Part shown: one piece after another, positions 13,411 through 25,400 of the stretch
How the letters are laid out: each line of letters starts with the position of its first letter
How positions within the stretch are numbered: the first letter of the stretch is position 1
Assembly: GCF_003918875.1 (NCBI RefSeq)
Contig: NW_025767401.1
Coordinates: forward strand, 434,001 to 498,000
Reading direction: 5' to 3'
Length of the DNA: 64,000 nucleotides
From: Haliotis rubra
Lineage: Eukaryota
Notes under the pieces: model-generated
Told to the model about the DNA's origin: nothing
Databases searched by the model: none
Seen by the model: only the letters and a program-made list of their open reading frames with translations
Program-made: the position numbers and the translations under genes

Positions 13411-16400
13411 CTAAGTTGAGTCAATATTGTCCATCACATAGGCAAGATGATTGGAAATTATGTTATTTAAGTCTTTAGATATACTCATTAAAACTCGAAA
13501 ATTTTCTTTATCATTAAGCACACCTGATGGCATTGCCATGAAATCTGTGATTGATTTATGCACCTGGCTGATTTTCTGAAACAGAACTTGACTGAGAGGA
13601 ATCTTGAGCACTTTACACAGCTCTGTGAAGTTGGACAACCAGTTGAAGTATTCCTGGCTGGCAAAGTCAGGGTCCTTTACATAATCCACACCATCTGTGG
13701 TGTCAGCCGAGAGAGTCGCTGCAGCCATGTCTTGCTCGCTCATCCCTGCAGCAGCAACATTAGATGGTCTGTTGTCTAACTGGACAATACTAGTTTCCAG
13801 CTGATTATCTGCTGTTTGATATTGAATCTCGTATATCTGCTGTTCATCATTACCCTCGGCCAACTCCTGTATAATTTGGTAAGCAGCCTCCACTGGAAGC
13901 GCTCCGTTGTCTCCCTTCCCATCCTCCTGTACTTCAGCAATGGCAATAACAGTCTTCTCAACATTCCCATTTTCTGACTGAATCAATGGCAAGTCACTGA
14001 GAGGGATCTCTATTTGGTTCTGTTCATTCTGAGGGCCAATTTCTGTCTCAGTTTCTAACTGGTCCTTGTCTCCTCCACCCTGATTGGATGGAGAAGCAAT
14101 TTCAACTTCCTGCACAACGAATCCTGTGTTGAGATTCTGAATGAGACTGACAATCTTCCTCTGATTGGCCAGAGCTTCCACATCAATCTCTCCTGAAGAT
14201 TTCTTTTGAGTCCCTGGCATCATGATGTTGACAACGGTGGTGTCGGACGGGTCAAGCATGGGCTGACCACCTGCCATGGTGACCTGCTCGCCCTGTTTCA
14301 ACTGGCCACCATGCCATCTAGACATGTGCACTCTTATCTGATTCTGTCTCTTGAATTTCTCTCCACAGAGAGAACACTCAAAGGGCTTTGTGCTCATGTG
14401 TTCACGGAAATGTCTACGCCTACTTGACGGATCACTGAATTTGGCAGAGCACACTTCACATTCATAGGGCTTCACTCCTGAAACACACACGACATCAACT
14501 TAAATCTTTCTTTGTTAGTTTAATGTTTAATGTGAGGCCATTCAACTTAACTGAACTTATGAGTAACTTATCTGGCCATTTTACCTTTGAAGAAAATTGG
14601 TGAGTACATTTAATCACATTTTTATGATGACTCTACATATAATAACAAAACAATACTGACCTGTATGTATGATCTTGTGTCTGGCCAGATCTGACTGATG
14701 AGCAAACGCTTTGGAACACTTGTCACACTGGAATGGCCGTTCACCTAAGAACACATAACACCCATATGTAATTGCAAAACATCCTGAAACAACAGCTGCA
14801 GAGCCTCTGGTAGTGTTAACAGCTGAGTTTTTCCTCATACCCAATTCATGTTACTGGCTGACAGTTGAACACTGGACGGGTATACATATATATATAACAC
14901 TAAGCTAGTCTGTCCCAAGCCAAACAAAAGTCTCACAATATATGTCGCTGCCACCCACCGATTCAGAGGGCTTCCCACCTGAAACATTACTGACATAAGG
15001 CACCTACAACCTCTTAAGGTACCGTATATGACCGTCTATAAGCCGAATTTTGAGGACCAAAAAAAGCAGTCTGTAGAAGGGGGTCGTCTTATCCATGGGT
15101 TACGCTTTCGTCAAACTTAAGAAAACAACATCGTATCACTTTGCGTGAACAAACAACAGAAGACAACTTTGTCAGTAGAGACGTAAGCAAGAACTTAGAA
15201 CTGTCCAACCCTGTTAGAACCAGATGAAGATTCCAATGAGGATAGGTAATGATTTAAAAGTTGCAAGCAATATTCCCTCAGTATCACAGGACTGGCATTG
15301 ACAGCCCTAGCATGCTATGAATTGAACCCTGATCTTCAGCACCATAGGCCACCACTCTCACCACTCAGCTACCCCACTTCCTGATATAGTTGGTGGTGTT
15401 CCTGATAGAAGATCCGGGTTAGAATTGGTCTTCAGCACCCCATGCATGTCGTAAGAGGCGACAATCAGGATCAGGTTGTCAGACATGCTGACTTGGTTGA
15501 CACATGTCATCGTATCCCAATTGTGTGGATCAATGATCATGTTGATCGCTGGATGGTCCAGACTCGATTATTCACAGACTGGTGCCATGTAGCTGGACTG
15601 TTGCCAAGTGTGGCATTAAACAACAAACAAACAATGATCTAGTTAGGCTATCTGTGCCCTTCATCACCTGTGTGCATCTTCATGTGCGACCTGAGGTACA
15701 CCATCTGTGAGAAGCGGCGGGAACATATCTGGCAGGCAAACGGTGTGTTGTTGGTGTGGGTGATGAGGTGGCGTCGGAAGCAGCTGACTTGTCGGAAGGA
15801 TCTGTTGCACACCTCACACATGTAGGGCTTGGTGTTGCTGTGTATTGTCATGTGTTCCTTCAGGGTCACACTGCTGGAGAACTTCTTACTGCAATCTGCG
15901 CATTCGAACGGCTTGATGCCTGACAACACAAGACACTTAGGTCATCCAGTTATGTCTGCACTACATTTTGAAACAGTGTCAGTGAAATTATCAAATAAAA
16001 TCCTTCAAGTCATTCAAGCCAGACAAAAACAAAATTATGGTTGCAAGGAGTCAAAGGTATTTATCATAATATAATGTGTGCATAATACGCTAGACAATTG
16101 ATGATGACAGCAAATATGCAACTTATCATTTCCATGATTTGGAAACAAAACTATTTAAAAATTGAAAATTTTAACTATAAATTGTATATTTATATACTTA
16201 TCCTATCTCACGACTTGCACCTCTCTCTCTTCATTCGGCCATGAGTGGAAACGAATTAAAACTTTGCTCAAGACCTACCTTGTCCCTCTCCCCGTGCTGT
16301 GCATGCCTTCCTGTCTCAGTCGTGCTCACTAGTCCATGACAACACGAGGCATGCGCAGTCCTCACCCATGTGATCACCTCACATACTCATTCTCGATCTT

Positions 16401-19400
16401 GGAGTCATAATAGGACAAAACCGGAACGGTGGTAATCTATGTAGTGGGGAGGTAGGGAGGGACTTTATCGCTCAGCGTGAGATAGGATAAGTATATAAAT
16501 ATACAATTTATAGTTAAAATTTTCAAATTTTAAACTTATCCTATCTCACGACTTGCACTTATCCCACGGTAGGAAGGTGGGTCATAGATTACCGAAATTC
16601 AAGCGATAACAGCTAAGTGTTATGCCCAAACAACCGTGGGAAGCAACTACAAGGTAGGCCAATAACTACCAAGTTACTACGTCGCGAGGGTTAGTTCGAA
16701 CCCATTGACTTACAAAGCACAATTGCTCCCAGGGACCGAGATTCCTGAGCAATGTGGTGTTCAGTCACTACCTTCACAAAGTGAAAAGACGTAGCTTAAC
16801 GAGTGTAAGCAGTCGTATCGCCACGATTTCCAAGGTACCCCGTAATAAAGTCTAACGACTAGTATCGGGCAAGCCCCCCTGCTTGAAACAACCCCTACAG
16901 ACACTGTCCCGAGGAGGGTGAAAGAGAAATTGAATCGGTAAAACTCACAATTTTAATGTTCAGTACCACAACATCATCTTATGACTTCCACTACTTACCA
17001 CAGTAAGATCACATAGATGTGTATAGGCACTTAGGAGCATGAACGCTACGAAGTGTAACACTTCGGGAAGGACTCACTTCACTGACTTAATTACTCCGTG
17101 GAGCAGAGGACAGTAAGTGAGGTGGCGACTCTCTGTAGTCTCAAACAAATGAGAGGAGAAATCTAAATCCCGGAAGAAATAAAGACGTAAATCAGAAAAA
17201 GTTGTTCAGATTTATTCAGATTGTACACAAGCAGAAACGATCGCGAATTGGGATCAACTGCACAGTGGGATCCATATAGCATCGGAGCACAAGGAAGTTC
17301 ATTATCTGCGATGTTGTGCCGCTGATAACTGCTGGGCAAGGACGAGTGGTCCAAACTGATGAAGGCCTTGAATATCCATCACCGACACATCTCTGAGGTA
17401 ATGAGACGAAAAGACCGTGTCAGATCGCCAAAAACAACCCTCCATTATGGCAGTTAACGAGCAGTTGCTATGCAACGCCATAGTAGAAGCAAATGCCCTG
17501 GTTTCATGAGGGTTGACTGCCGTAGGTGGTGGCAAACCGGCAAAAGTGTAGGCTTGAGTATTGTAGCTCGTAGCCAATATGAGAGTGTTGTGCGAGAGAC
17601 TTCCGCCTTGGAAGTAGTAGACAAGGGTATAAATAGTCTCTTACGCAGACGGCGGCGCTCTTGCGATGCTTTAAGGTAAATGCGAAGTGCTCTGACTGGA
17701 CAAAGAGACAGATCTTCGACATCTGCTGGACCCAATATGGTAGACAAAGGCGGGATTTTAAAAAGACGATCAGGTTGACCCGGCAACTGGTTCTTTGCGA
17801 CAAAATCCCAGCGCAATCCCAAAATTACCTTGCCATGTCTACTCTCTTCAAAACGGACACGGTTGACATCTAGAGCATGCAGTTCTGATATACGTGCCGC
17901 TGTGGCCAAGGCAATAAGAAAAAAGGTCTTGAATGAAACCTGTTCAAATTCCTTGTCCTGTAAGGGTTCATAATGCTCTGACACTAAGTGGCGCAGGACC
18001 ATGGATAAGTCCCAAGCTGGTGGACGAAATTTCCTGGATTGGTCGGCTAGCTTAAAAGAACGAAGCAAGTACTGCAGTTCCGGTACTGTCGAAACCTTCG
18101 TACCAGAAGTCGTGGCTAGGACCGAATTAAGAGCCGCCAAGTAGGTGGCTAAAGTGGAACCCTTGAGTTTCCTTGTAGCCCGCAAATGTTGTAAAAATTC
18201 CGCAACAACCTGGGGCTTCAAGCAGTAGTAGGGGAAGCGATCCTCTGACCCGACAATAACATTCAAATTTCTTCCACTTATCGTCATACAAAGAGCGTGT
18301 AGACGCATGCGATGAGCTGCAGTGATAGCTGAGGCCACTCTGTGAGAATAACCCTTGGCTATTAGTGATTTCTGCAAATGTGCCATACGTGAAGATTGAA
18401 TGTCTGTGGTGACTCGCGGGATACACGTCCGAAGTCGCGGATGAACTAGTAGGTGGCCAAAATCCCGCAGTTGTACTTTGTTGGTTAACGGAAGAGACCT
18501 TGTGAATGCTGCTTAAGCGACTGGGAATGAGACTTTTGGGCCCGGCGAGTTGAACCAACTTCGCTGGCCAAAATGGCTTCACCAAAAGCAGTTGTACTTT
18601 GTTGGTTAACAGAATTTTCTGAATGACCTTGTGAAGTAGAGCCGGAGGTGGAAGACGCGATAAGCTGCTTGAGACCTTCCCAGGGAATGGCCAAAATGGC
18701 CAAAAGCAGTCGTGATCCCAAGCTAGTGGATCTGGAATTGGAGATGGATCTGGAATCTCGGCAGTTGGGAGTTGAACCGAGTGGCAAACAGGTTGACACT
18801 TTCGGTGGAGAGATCGGGTAAATTATCGTCCGAAAAATCTTGGGCAGGAGTTGCCACTCTGTGGGCGACGGGCGACTGGAACGAGACAGAGCGTCGGCAA
18901 TCACGTTCTTTGTTCCGGGAACATGCCTGGCTCTTGCGACGATGTTGAGAGAATCTATCAGAAGATAGAAACGAAACGTCCACTGTAGGAGTGCTGCTGA
19001 ACCCGTCGACCCTAGGTGATGGATGTACCACACTACCGTCGAGTTGTCGGACTGTATCAGCAGGTGAGACATCTTGAGTAGAACCGCCCAGTGCTGAATC
19101 GCCAGTAATACTTGAACTCCAGAATGTTTATGTGGAGTGACTTGTCTTCGGACGACCACTGCCCTGCCACTTGATGCTGAAGGAAGTGGGCTCCCCAACC
19201 TTCTAGAGAAGCGTCCACAAACAACTGATGGGTTGGACTGAAGGGCACCAAAGAGACGCCGGCGCAAACATTCTGTACATTGAGCCACCAACGCAGAATT
19301 GGACGTAGTTCCCTGGGTAACCGAATCAACACCTGAGGGTTGTTGGTTTGAAGATGAGGGCGCAGAAATATCTGAAGTGGGCGAAGCTGCAGTTGGCCTC

Positions 19401-22400
19401 TGTAAGTCAGAGCCTGAGCTGACGTTAAGATGCCCAGCAACTCCTGCCACTGGCGTAGAGTTCTGGGGTGATCCAAGGCTAGCGGAACCAGACGCTGAAT
19501 TTTGGTCCACCTGTCCTGGGGAACAAACAACTTGGCTTGTTCTGTGTCGAAGATTGCTCCTATGAACTGAAGTCTGCGAGTTGGTGTTAACTCCGACTTC
19601 TCGTAATTGAGGAGCCACCCTAACTGTTTGAGCAGCCTGATGGTGAACTCCCGATGGATTTGAAGAACGATTGGATCCTGTTGTGCCTGAATACAATCGT
19701 CGATATAGCTTTCGAAGGTCACTCCCGAGAATGTAGGAAACTACTGATGGGTTTGGTCACCCGAGTAAAAAGCCACGGGGCCGTAGAGATTCCAAATGGA
19801 AGGACGTTCCATTGGAAGTGATGGCCCCTGAAGGTGAACCTTAGATATTTCCGATGATCTGGGTGAATCGGAATGTGCAGGTATGCGTCTTGAAGATCAA
19901 GGGATATGAGGAAATCCCTTTTCTTCAGAATTGAGCGGAGAAGACTGGCTGATACCATGCGAAAATGAGGTGGTTGTTGCAGGAATCGAGCGTTGAATGT
20001 CTTCATATTGAAGATGAGACGCAACTTGCTGGAGTTTTTCTTTGGCACCAGAAAGATCGGGGAGTAAAATCCTGGAGTTATGCACACCTGATCTAGGTGT
20101 TCTATCGCATGTTTCTCCAGTAGAGTTTGGATTGTAGTCGAAAGGACTGCAGCCCGATCCAGAGGATATATTTGCTGCAAGGGTTGAATGGTGAGGGGTG
20201 GATCCCCGACCACAGGCAGTCGATAGCCGTGAATGAGAGTCATTGTGACAAATGGATCTCCCAGAAACTCCCAGTTGGGAGCAAACAGACCTAACCTCCC
20301 CCCTACAGGGGAATCGAACACTGGAACCACCGGATCCGGCAGAACCAATTCGAGCTCTGACTTCCTTGAGTCACTGTTTGGACAGTCTATGTCCAGTTCC
20401 AGTGTCGGGTCGATAGGGGCGACGTGATGCGGAACCACGAAATGGCCTCCTGCCTCTGCCACGTGCTTGAGAAGGCGCCATGCCTTTCATACAGTCCCGG
20501 AGGTCTGGGTTAGAAGGGGTAAATTGTGCGGTTCGGCGATGCCGCATAGAATCTTGGAGCTGAATTTTTGGGAATTCCAAGAGATCGACAGATACATGAA
20601 ATTGGTTAAGACGGTCCACCTTGGATGCGACTTCTGCAATAGCCCCACTGAACACCGTATCCCCCGACCATGGTTGACGAAATAATTCAGCCTTGAATCT
20701 ATCTTCCCATGAGGAGAAATTCAACGGACCCCGTCGCCGTATTGCAAGTAAATAGCCAAAAGAATGAGACAATTGCTCGAAGACCACCTGGAATTGGTCT
20801 AGAATCAGAGTCATACTACCCCTGATGAATGCGTCCTGGTCCGTATATGCATGATTGACAGCCTCCGCCACAGCGTCAACAGCTGAAATAATGCAGCTAA
20901 TGGCAGGGATAGCATGGCGAACCGTAGTATCTAAGTGAGCCAATTCCCTGTCTTCCACCAAATACTTCGAAATGGAACGCTTGCCACAGACCATGGAAAT
21001 GTCATCATCGACTGAAGGTGCCGCTGACCAAAGTTTCACACCATGAGTATGTGCCGTCGATGGTCGGAACCTTGGAGCAGACAAACCATCCTTCGTCCTT
21101 CTAAGCTTGTTGAAAGCCGCGTCAAGAGAAGAAGGCAATTGTTGAAGACATGGACGCAAAGGAAGTGTGATACTGGCAACATCTCTATTAGTCATGGCAT
21201 AAGACGTGGCCAAATCATCTGGAGATTTACTAAGAGGCACGTGAGCCGGTTCAACAACATCAAAACTGCCATCAGGAGTGGAGATGTCTGACTGCCCAGG
21301 TGAAGGGAAAGTAGTCTGAGATCGAGTCCGATCCTTCAAATCCCCAGAATGATTATTGCTAAGTACGCCAGACGATTGTTGAACATGTGAGGACGAGCGA
21401 CACTGATTCCAAGCCGACGTAACGGCACGAAGCATGGTATCTAAATCCGGCGCTGGAGAGGAATCAATAGCAGGATTCCAAGACTTAGCAATAATCTGTG
21501 ACCGCGGCAAAGTAGAAGTGGAATGGCGTGAAGGTGAACGCTGATCCACTGAAGCGTAACGCTGCCTAGCAGGTGAAACCAACCGTACAGAACGGCGTTG
21601 CTGATGTGTACTATCATGTAAAGGTACTGACCGTAAGACGTTACTAGCACTAGGCTGGCTAGAGGGGATATTCTGATTCACCTGAGGTGAATGAGACCGA
21701 CTTCTATTATCCCTCTGACACCAAGCGGTTAGGTGAACCGGATGGAAATGGCGAACTCATTTTAGGATGTTGTGGTGAGCCGGCTCGGCCGTGTGAGCCG
21801 GTTCGGCCTGGTGAGCCGGTTCGGCCTGGTGAGCCGGCTCGGCTGTGTGAGCCGGTTCGGCAGGGTGAGCCGGTTCGGCTGTGTGAGCCGGCTTGGCCAT
21901 GTGAGACGGTTCAGCAGGGTGAGCCGGTTCGGCAGGGTGAGCCGGCTCGGCGGGGTGAGCCGGCTCGGGAAAGTGAACAACACCTCGAACGACTCCTCCC
22001 AGCCGTGGAAATAGGAGAGCGGGTACGTTCCAACCGTGTCGATCCCCGCTTCGAATGCTTAGAAGTTCTCGAAATCTGTGATCGTTCCGAAGAAGCAGAC
22101 CTACGAGATAATGTAGATCGCAGGTCTGGCGTAGAAGAAATATCGGTCATTACCACCCTGGTACGCTCATGAGAACTTAAATTGGGTGAGGGAAGCTCCC
22201 CTAAAAGCCTTCTAACGTTCTCAGATAAATAGGAATCCGACGAAGCGTCCATAAAATCTTCGTCAGGCGAGACGGGCGATTGAGAACGGTGAGCAGTGAG
22301 GGTGGGGCGATCTAAGCATTGTTTCTTAGCGGGAAATGGACCAGACCCCGCAGAATTAGTCCTAGCCCTATCTGCCAAACGTCTGGCACAAGCACGTTTG

Positions 22401-25400
22401 TAAGATTTAAACGCCTCATTAGACAGACCTGAACACTTCGGACAGCGTGTGTCCCAGTCACAAACACCCACACAATCAACACACGATGTGTGTGGGTCCC
22501 ATGCTGAAAATACTTTATTACAACGGGCGCAAAACTTCCGTTTACTGGCCTGAACAGGCTTAACCATTTTGAGCAAATCTCAGACGAAAAAATTTTCACG
22601 TCCACTCAGTGGAGCCGACAAGAAAATTGATATGTGAGGTGATCACTATCCTGACTCATGCCTATTATGTCATGGACTTGAGCACAACTGAGACAGGAAG
22701 GCATGCACAGCACGGGAGAGGGACAAGGTAGGTCTTGAGCAAAGTTTTAATTCTTTCCACTCATGGTTGAGAGAGGTGCAGAGTTGAGATAGGAAAGTTT
22801 AAAATTTTAATTTTCTGAGTAAAATCATACTTATCCTGACTCATGTTTTATTGCTTGTTGCTTCCTCCCGTTAGTGGAACACTTGTATCTCCTTTTGGCG
22901 GGAAAAGCAGAGATGTAAAATCTCTACCACCACGAAGTTGTCTCCCTCTCCGTTTTGGCACTCTCCGTCTTCGAATTCACTCTCTCTTGCAAGCTCGACA
23001 CTTAGATTTGCTGGGAAATCCAAAGTGCCTAGCGGGGAGGTTGGGAGGGCTTACCTCATGAGTCAGGATAAGTATAAAATATCAATTTTACTCAGAAAAT
23101 TACATATTTTTCCTTATCCTGACTCATGTATTATTGCTTGTAGAATCCGACGGATTTGGTGGTGGGTCAAGCCACTTCTGGATTCCAATTTGGTGATTTA
23201 CGTCTTGCATACCCCCCTATGGGAACTTCCTGGTAGCACTTCAATTTACTGCTAGGCTCTGCTGCTGCTGTAACCCTTTACTTCCAGCTTTCTCTGATGG
23301 GGGGACCACAATTGTTAACTTTTGGTCCTTGCTTCTGTTAACATTTTTATGTGGATTTTAGCAACTCCATCTCTTGATGCAAGCATCAAGTGGAGAAGCG
23401 ACCCTTCTTATGTACGAGTACGTCCTTACAAGTACTGGGTCTTATCACTTATGCTAGTCTGTCTTAGACGTGCATATGGACTCTAAAGCTGTAACTCTCC
23501 TGAGTGTAGGCTTTTGCAAGTCATGTGATAAAAGGGCGAGACTCTGTCTCAGCGCCTCTGTGGAACTGTCAATTGTTGTGCTACAACAAGTGGGCCGAAA
23601 TGGTGAATGCCAGAGACGTCCTCGGTGGCGATGTCTCTCAGGTAGTGGTTGGCAAACACCATGTCCAATTTCCAGAAGCAGCCCTCCATTATCGTCGTGA
23701 TAGAGCAGTTTCCATGTAGAGCGAGTGTTGACGCCAGAGCTCTAATTTCATGTGGATTGGAGGCTCTTGGAGGATCAAGTCCTGCTGCTTTGTAGGCCCG
23801 TAGAATGACAGTTCTCATCCATATTGATATCGTAGTGCGAGAGATCTCAGTCTGTGTCTCTGCCGATATAGGGATGAAAAGACGCTTGAATTTTCGTCTC
23901 CTGGTCCTAGACCTTTGTAGGTAGACTTTCAATGCTCTTACTGGGCACAAGGATAGGTCCTGTGTATCCTGTGGCCCAAGGACTGATGATAGTGCTGGGA
24001 TGTGGAATTGTCTGTCCGGTTGACCTGGCAGTTGATTCTTTGCTATAAAGTCCCATCTCAGTCCCATATGCACGATGTTTCGATTTTCATCAAATCGTGT
24101 CCTTTCAAAGTCTAGAGCATGTATTTCCGACATCCTTGCTGCTGTTGCTAAGGCAATCAGGAATAGAATTTTCTGTGTCAAGAACTCAAAAGATGTCCTA
24201 TCTAATGGTTCATAAGCGTCACTGGTGAGATGCCGTAGAACTATGTTGAGGTCCCAAGCCGGAGCTTTAAATCTCTGTTGTTGGTCCTCCAGTTTAAAAG
24301 AGCGTAGTAAGGCCAGTAACTCTGGTACCTTAGTCAGTTTTACACTCGTCCTCATAGTGATAACTGAGCTCAATGCCGCTAGGTATGTTGAGAGTGTTGA
24401 CCCTTTTAACCGCTTCGTTTGTCTTAGGTGACAAAGATAGTCCGCCACTTGAGGGTGTGTCGCTTTCATGGCTGTGAAGCCTGTTTTCAAAGCGTAGGTC
24501 TCGAAGCTTCGCCACTTGTCGTCGTACAAGTTGCGTGTTGACTTGCGTAAAGCTAGTGTGACCGCTTTAGCTGCCCTGGCGGAATATCCTCTCTTATTCA
24601 AGCACGCCTTGATACGTTCCGAGCGTGTAGGCGGAACACCTCGGGGTTGCTGTGTGCTTGCTTTGTGTGTGGATGTACTAGCAAGTTCGTCCACTCTGGT
24701 AGTTGCAGTTGAGGCGGTCCTAGTTCTTGTATGAGAATGGGGAACCATATTCTCGCTGGCCAGTAAGGCGCGATCAAAATCAGTTGCAGGTTCCTCGTCT
24801 GCATGATTTTCTGCAACACTTTCGGTATTAGAGCTGGTTGCGGGAACGCGTAAGCGTTTAGTCCTTCCCAAGAGATGCTTAGAGCATCTGTTGCCCATGC
24901 TCGTGGATCTGGTATTGGAGAGATGAATGTTACCAGTTGATTGTTTAATCTTGTGGCAAACAAGTCTATTAGTGGCGCTCCTATCTCTTGTGTAATCTGT
25001 TTGAAGATTTCTGGATGTAGCATCCATTCTGTTGGGGATGGCTGAGTTGGACGAGATAGTGCGTCTGCTATCACATTCTTGGCTCCTGGAATGTGGCATG
25101 CTTTTATGTGGATGTTCAGATTGTCTATTATGCTGAACAGATGAAAGCAAAGGTTCAGAAGGTTCGCCGACCTTGTTGATCCTTGTTTGTTTATGTAGAA
25201 CGCCACTGTGGAGTTGTCCGTGTGTACCGTTAGATGAGCATTCTTTAAAATGCTGGTCCAGTGGAGTATGGCATTTATCACTGCTTTCATTTCTAGCATG
25301 TTGATGTGCAGATCTTTCTCTTGTAATGTCCATTTCCCAGCTGACACTTCGTTGTCGAGGTGTGCTCCCCATCCTTGGAGAGATGCGTCCACATAGAGAT

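Larger units (their letters stand above)
16154..22804 (-). mobile_element. DIRS1-group tyrosine-recombinase retrotransposon, element A (full length, ORFs disrupted)
   Basis: Inverted LTRs at 16195-16385 and 22631-22803, a 3' terminal extension at 16162-16195, ICR at 16476-16558, and gag, RT/RNaseH and YR ORFs on the minus strand. Confidence 0.95.

Noticed and set aside
18455-18760. Short scrambled duplications in DIRS A (gcagttgtactttgttggttaac twice, ggccaaaat several times, tggatctggaat twice)
   Set aside because: The pattern fits a low-coverage consensus or polishing artefact. It cannot be interpreted biologically without reads.
21687-22172. Plus-strand GEPVR-repeat ORF
   Set aside because: Antisense shadow of the 18-bp repeat inside DIRS gag.
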